A stretch of DNA of 64,000 nucleotides. Source: an uncultured Bacteroidales bacterium. Its GTDB lineage: Bacteria; Bacteroidota; Bacteroidia; Bacteroidales; UBA10428. The translations under genes were made by a program, and so were the position numbers. The notes beneath the pieces are model-generated. The model was given only the letters and a program-made list of their open reading frames with translations, searched no databases and had not been told where the DNA came from. Where the stretch lies: the NCBI GenBank assembly GCA_964618645.1, contig CAZUBW010000005.1, positions 15,870 through 79,869 of the forward strand, written 5' to 3'. Shown in pieces: positions 20,681 to 27,465 of this stretch (within the stretch, counting starts at the first letter, position 1; each line of letters begins with the position of its first letter).

Positions 20681-20719
20681 ATCCGGAGAAGAAACAGGTA
20701 AAAATGATCCTTTGATCAT

Positions 20720-21829
20720 TCATTCTTTGCGTTGTTGCAGGTAATTATCAAGAAAGACTTTTTGTGTATTGCAGGCAGCAATGGTGTCGATAACAGCCGA
20801 CTTAATTAGCGCAATCGAAAGCGTGATGTTTGGGTCCGGCGCATGGGTTTCGTACAGCATATTCCGTGCTTGTTCCAGGACCCGACAGGACGAATCGAGC
20901 AATAGCGCCGAGTGACTGGCGTTAGGGTCGTTGCTGAACTGGTTGTTCCGGTGGCCGATAAACTGGTTGAGTAGTTGAATGCCTTTGTTGTAGAGGTCAA
21001 CAGCTGAGTCGTATCTTTCGGCGGCCATTTTGTTGCGGAGGTATTCTATATCGCCCAGGTGAATACGTAATTTTGCAGCTGTAAAGGCGTTCCCCTCACC
21101 GTTTTGCGCTATCCGCCGGGCGGCGGCCGTGGCTTTTTCCAGTTCAGTAGCATTTTCGTAGTCTTTCAGCGTATCGGTAAAACTAAAATAAGATGTTTTA
21201 GGCCGGAAATCACCTTTTTTAAAATCGTCATAGCGTACCGGGTGATGGATCAGCTGCCACAGTGGGTCGAAGGGCATATGCGTGCGTATGGCCAGGACGG
21301 GTTTTTGCATAAAAATCCGCCAGGTAGGGTCGACAATGTACCAGGTGGTGTCGGTGAAAGAGGCACACCATACATGGGGGAGATAGTCGACACGGCCGTT
21401 TTGCCGGGTATATCCCTGGATGACGTATGATTTTACGCCGGTTTTATTGGCAATTTCGTTGTACAGGTGTGCGAAGTTGAGGCATACCCCGGTGCGTGTC
21501 CGCAGGATTCGTTCACTTATTTCCGCAGGGGTTTCGTAAATGGTGTTGGTGAGGATACTGTCGAAGTTATAGCGGATGTTCCGGGTGATCCAGGTAAAGG
21601 CTGCGCGCGATTTTTCGCACGGTGTGACAAGGTTCCGGTTGATGTACCCGGCAATATCGTCGGTGGAATAAGTGAGGGAGTCGGGGATCTGACGCATGGT
21701 GCGTGCCACGGAGTAATGGCTTGCCGGTTGTTGGGCCGGTAATTCCGTTAAAACAGCAACAAGCATCAGCATGGCAAATAAACCTGTCGCTATGGCAAAT
21801 CCATATGTGTTTTGCACGGACATGGTCAA
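20720..21829 (-). CDS. Transglutaminase-like superfamily protein with N-terminal anchor and helical C-terminal domain
   Basis: 369 aa. Cys/His/Asp triad context GVCLNFAHLY ... HVWCASF ... YIVDPTW. Confidence 0.6.
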   Translation of the reverse strand: MTMSVQNTYGFAIATGLFAMLMLVAVLTELPAQQPASHYSVARTMRQIPDSLTYSTDDIAGYINRNLVTPCEKSRAAFTWITRNIRYNFDSILTNTIYETPAEISERILRTRTGVCLNFAHLYNEIANKTGVKSYVIQGYTRQNGRVDYLPHVWCASFTDTTWYIVDPTWRIFMQKPVLAIRTHMPFDPLWQLIHHPVRYDDFKKGDFRPKTSYFSFTDTLKDYENATELEKATAAARRIAQNGEGNAFTAAKLRIHLGDIEYLRNKMAAERYDSAVDLYNKGIQLLNQFIGHRNNQFSNDPNASHSALLLDSSCRVLEQARNMLYETHAPDPNITLSIALIKSAVIDTIAACNTQKVFLDNYLQQRKE

Positions 21830-22049
21830 TTAACATTTACGGGGTTTAATACCTGGTTTGAATTACGAAAGTATAACAAAAACCAGCGTGAGTTGTTTGT
21901 TGGAAGGTCCTAATAACCTGGGAATATGGCAGCATGCCAGTAAAAGCCAATTTCTTCGAAAATGGTTTTGTATTTGGTGCAAATCAGTGCTTTGCATGAG
22001 CCATTATTGACCTAAATGACCATGCTTTGCTAAGTGAATCCAAAAAGAT

Positions 22050-22088
22050 GTAAAAGAAAAATCCCCACTGATACCTGTGAGGATTTTT
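22050..22088 (-). terminator. Intrinsic terminator after the tRNA
   Basis: Minus strand: AAAAAUCCUCAC-AGGUAUC-AGUGGGGAUUUUU followed by CUUUUAC. The stem has one G.U pair. Confidence 0.65.
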
Positions 22089-22091
22089 GAG

Positions 22092-22164
<73 letters not shown>

Positions 22165-22176
22165 ATATTAGGAGGG

Positions 22177-22184
22177 CAAAGATA
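22177..22184 (-). promoter_or_regulatory. Candidate Bacteroidota -7 promoter box (TATCTTTG) for the tRNA
   Basis: Matches the TAnnTTTG consensus of Bacteroidota primary-sigma promoters. It lies 12 nt upstream of the mature tRNA 5' end. Confidence 0.45.
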
Positions 22185-22434
22185 CGCTAATTTTTTATCA
22201 GAAAAAAATTGTTTTGTAATAAAAACACATATTCATTAAATGTATCTGTGGCGAAAGGGCATACAATACCCACATCTGTTTTATTCAGTGTAGTTTTCTA
22301 AAAATTGCCCGGGTTTGTATTTTTCGTGAGGCCATTTTTCAACATATATGTAGAATATATGCCATTGGGGGATTGTATTTTACAGAAATAGCCTAAATTT
22401 GGTATGAATAGGTAAAAAATGTTTGTTGGTAATA

Positions 22435-22944
22435 ATGACCTTATATCGCAATAAATACCGTGTTGAAACCACCCGTCTGCAAAATTGGGACTATGCATCA
22501 GATGGCAGATATTACATTACCATATGCACCAAAAAACGTGAACAATTTCTGGGAAAAATTGAAAAGGGTGTAATGATATTGAACAAACGTGGACGAATTG
22601 TTGAACAATGTTGGTTTGATCTGGAAAAACATTACCATAATTTACGATTGGACGCATTCGTAATTATGCCAAATCATATTCATGGAATAATGATCATTGA
22701 CAATTCCACCATCGTAGAGACGGGTTTCAAACCCGTCTCTACCCACGGGATATTTGAATTCGTGCGTGCATTCAAAACATTTTCATCGCGGCGGATAAAT
22801 GAATTGGATAATACCCCAGGCAGAACACGATGGCAATCTCGATTTCACGACCACATCATTCGGTATGAACGGGAATTCATCAGAATTCAACAATATATAC
22901 GTGACAACCCATTGTCATGGGAAAATGATTCTATGAATTCCTAA
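22435..22944 (+). CDS. REP-associated tyrosine transposase (RAYT; IS200/IS605 Y1 HUH family, COG1943-like)
   Basis: 169 aa from the ATG at 22435. YRNKYRVETTRLQNWDYASDGRYYITICTK, HUH motif MPNHIHGIMII, C-terminal WQSRFHDHIIR and tyrosine helix IQQYIRDNP. Confidence 0.85.
   Translation: MTLYRNKYRVETTRLQNWDYASDGRYYITICTKKREQFLGKIEKGVMILNKRGRIVEQCWFDLEKHYHNLRLDAFVIMPNHIHGIMIIDNSTIVETGFKPVSTHGIFEFVRAFKTFSSRRINELDNTPGRTRWQSRFHDHIIRYEREFIRIQQYIRDNPLSWENDSMNS
22714..22742. repeat. Perfect 11-bp-stem palindrome inside the RAYT ORF (GTAGAGACGGG-TTTCAAA-CCCGTCTCTAC)
   Basis: Read directly. It encodes VETGFKPVST between the HUH and Tyr motifs and starts with GTAG. Confidence 0.95.
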
Positions 22945-22947
22945 TTT

Positions 22948-22970
22948 CTGCCCCCGCTACTAAAAACCCC
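22948..22970. repeat. Inverted copy of the tRNA-fMet 3' end and trailer
   Basis: CTGCCCCCGCTACTAAAAACCCC is the reverse complement (20/23, with a perfect 14-bp core AGTAGCGGGGGCAG) of 22081..22103, which is the tRNA 3' acceptor/T-stem plus trailer. It starts 4 nt after the RAYT stop. Confidence 0.85.
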
Positions 22971-22994
22971 TTGAGGACTTAATTCAGAAAAGAA

Positions 22995-24164
22995 TTACCC
23001 CTTTATAACCGCCAAAGGCGTTAATTCGACTACAATGTCTACCAGATCCTGCTGGTTTTTCATTACGATATCGATGTCCTTATACGCACCAGGCGCTTCG
23101 TCCAGGTCTTTTCTGTTTCGAATGGCATGTATGATATGTTGTTTATCCAGTCGTGCTATCTCCTCTTCCAGGCTTAAGGTGTTCTGAGCCATGGTTCTGC
23201 TTAAAGCCCTGCCTGCACCGTGGGAGCAGCTTTCAAAGCTCTCGGGGTTCCCTTTGCCTTTCACAATATAGCTTTTTGTGCCCTGTGAACCCGGTATAAT
23301 CCCGATTTCATCCAGCTTTGCACTTGTAGCACCTTTACGGTGCACAAGTACACTGTTGTTAAAATGGTTCTCCCAACGTGCATAGTTGTGCGCAATATTT
23401 ACAAAGTCCAGTTCAGCAAAATCTCCGCCCATTTCGGCTGTGAAAGAAGCCTTGATGTTTTCCATCATCAGCTTTCTGCTGGCAAAAGCAAAATCCACAC
23501 AGTATTGCATCTCTGTCATATAATCTTTAGCATCTTGCGACTCAATGGGCAGGAAAGCCAATTGCCATTTCGAAGATATTTGGGAATACCACCTTTCATT
23601 CAGCCTGACAGCAACCTGATTGTAATGTTCTGCAACCTTTAAACCAATATTCCGGCTACCGGAATGGATCATGATCCAGATATGACCATCAGAGCCTTTC
23701 TGAATTTCAATGAAGTGATTACCGCCACCCAGCGTTCCTACCTGTTTTAAGGATGCTTCATACTGCCTTTCAACAATTCCACCTTTTATTATATTTCCGG
23801 AATCGGGCATCAATGATTCATTTTGTTTTTCATTGTGGTGATTGAATCCTACCGGCACTTTATGGCGGATTTCACTCATTACTTTTTTCAAAACAGGTGT
23901 TTCGATAGTTGTCAGAGATGTCTTTAAGGCACACATGCCGCATCCGATATCCACACCCACAGCATTCGGAACAATTACGCCACGGGTAGCCAGTACACCT
24001 CCTATAGGCATTCCATAGCCCTGGTGACTGTCGGGCATAATGGCAATATGCCTGAATGCAAAAGGCAGGTTGGCCATATTTTTCGCCTGTTCCAAAGCAC
24101 CTGCTTCTATATCTTCAATCCAGAGTTTAATAGGGATTTTTTCTGTATTGATAATCTGTTTCAT
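22995..24164 (-). CDS. rtcB: RNA 3'-phosphate/2',3'-cyclic phosphate--5'-OH ligase RtcB
   Basis: 389 aa. MPDSHQGYGMPIGGV, GGGNHFIEIQ, HSGSRNIG, nucleophile-His block SCSHGAGR. Confidence 0.93.
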   Translation of the reverse strand: MKQIINTEKIPIKLWIEDIEAGALEQAKNMANLPFAFRHIAIMPDSHQGYGMPIGGVLATRGVIVPNAVGVDIGCGMCALKTSLTTIETPVLKKVMSEIRHKVPVGFNHHNEKQNESLMPDSGNIIKGGIVERQYEASLKQVGTLGGGNHFIEIQKGSDGHIWIMIHSGSRNIGLKVAEHYNQVAVRLNERWYSQISSKWQLAFLPIESQDAKDYMTEMQYCVDFAFASRKLMMENIKASFTAEMGGDFAELDFVNIAHNYARWENHFNNSVLVHRKGATSAKLDEIGIIPGSQGTKSYIVKGKGNPESFESCSHGAGRALSRTMAQNTLSLEEEIARLDKQHIIHAIRNRKDLDEAPGAYKDIDIVMKNQQDLVDIVVELTPLAVIKG

Positions 24165-24243
24165 CTGGTTAATTTCTGGTTTTCATAAACACTACAAGTT
24201 CTGCTTGCAGTTCTTAGTACTTTTCTGCTTGGATAACAAAGGT

Positions 24244-24275
24244 ATAAGACTTTGCCATTTGTGGCAAAGTCTTAT
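24244..24275 (-). terminator. Strong intercistronic hairpin between the slipin stop and the rtcB start (possible attenuator or processing site)
   Basis: A 14-bp perfect stem ATAAGACTTTGCCA-(4-nt loop)-TGGCAAAGTCTTAT starts 2 nt after the slipin stop. On the minus strand it is followed only by a weak U-rich tract (ACCUUUGUU). Confidence 0.4.
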
Positions 24276-24276
24276 T

Positions 24277-25377
24277 TTACCTGGAAGTCGAGAAGATTTC
24301 TTTCAATTGGGTAAGAACCTGGTTGCCCCCGGATAATGAAATGCTATTGATTTTATCTGCGATTTTTTCAATATATTCCATTTCTTTCAGTTTGAACAAC
24401 ATTTCGTTCTCCTCCAAAATTTTCGCTGTATTCAATAAACTTCTTGTAGAAGCAGTTTCTTCTCTTCTGGTTATAATATTGGCCTGAGCCTTTTTCTGTG
24501 CAATCAAAACCTGGTTCATGATATCTTTTACCTCGCCAGGTAAAACAATATCTCTTATTCCACAGTCTCTAATTTCTAAGCCAAGTTCAGCTGCTTTTCC
24601 CCTTAAAGATTCCATTACATATTTTGAGATAGATTCTTTCTTTTCGAGGATTTCATCCAAGGTTAATGTGCCAATGAATTCTCTTAAAGCTAATTGCATT
24701 AAAACATACAATTGCTTTTCATAATCCTTGTTTTCATTAATAGCCTTGACGATATCAACTACTTTGTATTGCGTGTAAAAATTAACTCTTAATGCAGCTT
24801 TATCTCTTGTCAGAATTTCCTGACCTGAGATTTCAAGTTGCAATTGCCTCATATCAGCCTTTGCAACATGAATTTTAGTTGCATTTTTCCAGTAATAATA
24901 CTCACCTGTTTCAATGGTCTTCTCGTATTTACCATCAATAAATAAGAGGGCCTTTTGATATGGTTCAACGGCAATTGTCCTTATATATGGGGCCAACTCT
25001 GGTCTCAGTAAAGTGTTCTTATCGATTTTTTCAGTAATCTCGAATTTATTCAAGTCCACATTAATGAAAGAATAGGTTGTTAAACCCTTCCAGAAGGTGT
25101 GTCTTCCTGGTGAAAGAATAGTTTTAAAGTTGCCATTTTCATACTGTAAGGCAATCTCATTATCACCCACTTCAACAACATGCAAATGTCTTGTCAATTC
25201 TTCATCCTTCAAAAGAATATTTAATTCTATTGTAGGATAGAACGGCTTGGCTAAATCATAAAGGAAAACCTTCTTGTTAGGGGTTATCCAATAGATTCCA
25301 TCGGTCAGCAATTTTTTGTAATTACCGCGTTTAAATACTAAACCAATTTTTCCTTTGTTCACAATAACTCGTTTCAT
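24277..25377 (-). CDS. SPFH/band-7 (slipin-like) protein without an obvious membrane anchor
   Basis: 366 aa. N-terminal ~170-aa beta-rich region, then an SPFH core (ISGQEILTRDKAALRVNFYTQYKVVD ... IRDCGIRDIVLPGEVKDIMNQVLIAQKKAQANIITRREETA) and a coiled-coil tail. Confidence 0.8.
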   Translation of the reverse strand: MKRVIVNKGKIGLVFKRGNYKKLLTDGIYWITPNKKVFLYDLAKPFYPTIELNILLKDEELTRHLHVVEVGDNEIALQYENGNFKTILSPGRHTFWKGLTTYSFINVDLNKFEITEKIDKNTLLRPELAPYIRTIAVEPYQKALLFIDGKYEKTIETGEYYYWKNATKIHVAKADMRQLQLEISGQEILTRDKAALRVNFYTQYKVVDIVKAINENKDYEKQLYVLMQLALREFIGTLTLDEILEKKESISKYVMESLRGKAAELGLEIRDCGIRDIVLPGEVKDIMNQVLIAQKKAQANIITRREETASTRSLLNTAKILEENEMLFKLKEMEYIEKIADKINSISLSGGNQVLTQLKEIFSTSR

Positions 25378-25761
25378 CTGATTAAATTTTAATTAAGCTG
25401 TCAAATGCAGCTTGTCCTTTCGGACTCGGTTTGAACTAATTGATAAGGTTGATAAATCAACAATAGAAAGCAGGTAAAGTAAAACCATCCTTTTTTTATG
25501 CGGAAATTCGATTAAGTAGTGCAAGTCCTTAAAGCCGCTAACATCAATAATCTGTAACAATTTGACCTAATATTATTAATGGCAGTTTGTTTAATTCTTT
25601 GCATAACTGGATCCTCAGTTTTCAAAGCATTAAAAGGACTGTTATTTAGCTCTTTAGTGATTCAAACAGGTTTGAAGAGAGAGCCAAAAACAAGTTTTGC
25701 TTTACCATGCTTTCAGGCGACAATTTTTACAAGTTGTCAGCTTAAGTTTGGATTTTTAAGT

Positions 25762-25890
25762 CCATTCCCGTGACAGGGGAGTGTAGGACTCGAACCTACT
25801 CGCCATGAGGCTTACCAATTGTTTGTTGCTCTAACCTGCTGAGCTATCCTAGAAGGTTTAGGAGAGGGAGTCGAACCCCCGACACACAAA
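25762..25890 (-). ncRNA. Candidate tRNA-like (circularly permuted, YrlA/Y-RNA-like) non-coding RNA; true ends unknown, possibly about 25700..25930
   Basis: Minus strand: TTTGT-GTGTC-GGGGG-TTCGACT-CCCTC-TCCTA-AACCTTC-TAGGA-TA-GCTC-AGCAGGTTA-GAGC-A-ACAAA. This reads as anticodon-stem 3' strand, variable loop, T-arm with canonical TTCGA loop, 5-bp acceptor-like stem capped by a 7-nt loop, U8-like TA, D-arm with a GG loop, and anticodon-stem 5' strand pairing back to TTTGT. A second T-arm (GTAGG-TTCGAGT-CCTAC) plus a capped stem (TCCC-CTGTCAC-GGGA) follows at 25799..25762. There is no ORF, and it has the same orientation as slipin-rtcB. Confidence 0.5.
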
Positions 25891-26101
25891 TGCGGGCGAA
25901 AACAAGCAAAAGGCAAAGCAGCATATTAAACCACAGTGTGAAGTAATACTATGAAGCCATTCAGAGACTTTCATCAGGTCCTGGCCTTTCTGTTTTTCCC
26001 ACTCTTCCGGTTAAGGAAGACTTTTTTCCCGAAAGCATCGGGAGATATTTTAGTTCAAAGAACGATTAACCTTTCAAATACGTGACAAAGATTATACATA
26101 A

Positions 26102-26123
26102 CTGCGCAATCAATATGCGTAGT
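26102..26123. promoter_or_regulatory. Operator-like inverted repeat in the divergent WYL/ncRNA control region
   Basis: CTGCGCA-atcaata-TGCGTAG. The half sites are CTGCGCA and CTACGCA, matching 6/7. It lies 29 nt upstream of the WYL start codon. Confidence 0.35.
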
Positions 26124-26136
26124 TGATTATTTTTTT

Positions 26137-26144
26137 TATTTTTG
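26137..26144 (+). promoter_or_regulatory. Candidate -7 box TATTTTTG for the WYL regulator gene (would give a leaderless or very short-leader mRNA)
   Basis: Exact TAnnTTTG match ending 7 nt before the ATG at 26152. Confidence 0.35.
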
Positions 26145-26151
26145 ATAAAAA

Positions 26152-27177
26152 ATGCCTTTAAATAAGAATGCACTTATACGATATAAGACTATTGATAAGT
26201 GTTTACAAAATCGCTACAGACGATGGACACTCGAAGATTTAATTGATGCATGCTCGGATGCCTTATATGAATACGAAGGGATTAATTGCAGTATTGGGAA
26301 AAGGACTATTCAGGCTGACATCCAATTAATGCGAAGTGATAAACTTGGCTATAACGCACCCATAAAAGTTACGGACAGAAAGTATTACATTTATGAAGAT
26401 CCGGATTACACTATAACAAATATCCCGCTTACGGAACAAGACTTAAACAAATTGACTGAAGTTACAGAGATACTTAAGCAGTTTAAAGGATTTTCACATT
26501 TTGGTGAGCTAAGTGTCATGGTTCAAAAACTTGAGGATAAGGTTTATGCTGAAAGAGAAAAACAAAAGCCCGTTATTGATATTGAAAAGAATGAGAATCT
26601 CAAAGGACTGGAATACCTGGAAGTTCTGTATCAGTCTATTTTAAAGAAACAAGTTTTAAATATATGGTATCAGTCGTTTAAAGCAAGAAAGTCAGGTAAA
26701 ATAGTTCTCCATCCTTATTTGCTGAAAGAATACCGGAATCGGTGGTTTATTCTAGGAAGAAAGGGCGCCCAGCAACCTATAATAACTTTAGCTCTTGATA
26801 GAATTTATGAAATTGCGCAGAATACTGAGGTTGTCTTTATAGGAGACGAAAAATTTAACCCTGATGAATATTACCGAGATGTTATTGGCGTGACTGTTAA
26901 TAGTAACCGGCCAACCAATATACATCTTTTTGTCGATAGAGAGAACGCGCCTTACATACTTACCAAACCACTGCATCATTCACAGCAAGTGATATCGGAA
27001 ACAGCGAATGGTCTTGAAGTAGTAATAAAGGTGATACCCAATTTTGAACTAGAGAGGGAGATTCTTGGTTTTGGTGAAAGTATACAAGTAATATCTCCTC
27101 TTAAGTTTAGCGTAAGAATACAACAGCGACTACAACAAGCAATTAGTAATTATGCACAAAATAGCAAGTCAATTTAA
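26152..27177 (+). CDS. wHTH-WYL-domain transcriptional regulator
   Basis: 341 aa. N-terminus MPLNKNALIRYKTIDKCLQN..WTLEDLIDAC is typical of Bacteroidota WYL regulators. WYL core IVLHPYLLKEYRNRWFILGRK. C-terminal extension domain. Confidence 0.8.
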   Translation: MPLNKNALIRYKTIDKCLQNRYRRWTLEDLIDACSDALYEYEGINCSIGKRTIQADIQLMRSDKLGYNAPIKVTDRKYYIYEDPDYTITNIPLTEQDLNKLTEVTEILKQFKGFSHFGELSVMVQKLEDKVYAEREKQKPVIDIEKNENLKGLEYLEVLYQSILKKQVLNIWYQSFKARKSGKIVLHPYLLKEYRNRWFILGRKGAQQPIITLALDRIYEIAQNTEVVFIGDEKFNPDEYYRDVIGVTVNSNRPTNIHLFVDRENAPYILTKPLHHSQQVISETANGLEVVIKVIPNFELEREILGFGESIQVISPLKFSVRIQQRLQQAISNYAQNSKSI

Positions 27178-27465
27178 TTTTTATTTAAATGAAGTTAAGC
27201 CGATGATTATCAATTTTTTCAGGGGTCAGACCAAATTATTAATCATGTATTCAATCAAATAGGCTCAATTTCAGCCCTGATTTGGCGCTTAGCAATTATT
27301 TTTTTCCTATTTTTTGGCCTGCTAAGATTCAGCCGCTGAGGATAAGAAACGCGAACTTCGAAAAATCATGACTCCTCGTCTGATAGCAGGTATTTCCTTG
27401 CCATTTGTACCAAAGACCGTGTATCATTTCCGGGAAAATAATCTGTTAAAATCCTGATGTTTTGT

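Noticed and set aside
25783-25880. Two canonical tRNA genes or tRNA pseudogenes on the minus strand
   Set aside because: Neither T-arm is accompanied by a 7-bp acceptor stem formed from 5' and 3' ends, and there is no anticodon arm. The D-arm lies 3' of the first T-arm. The elements only make sense as a permuted tRNA-like fold, so I reported them as a candidate ncRNA instead.
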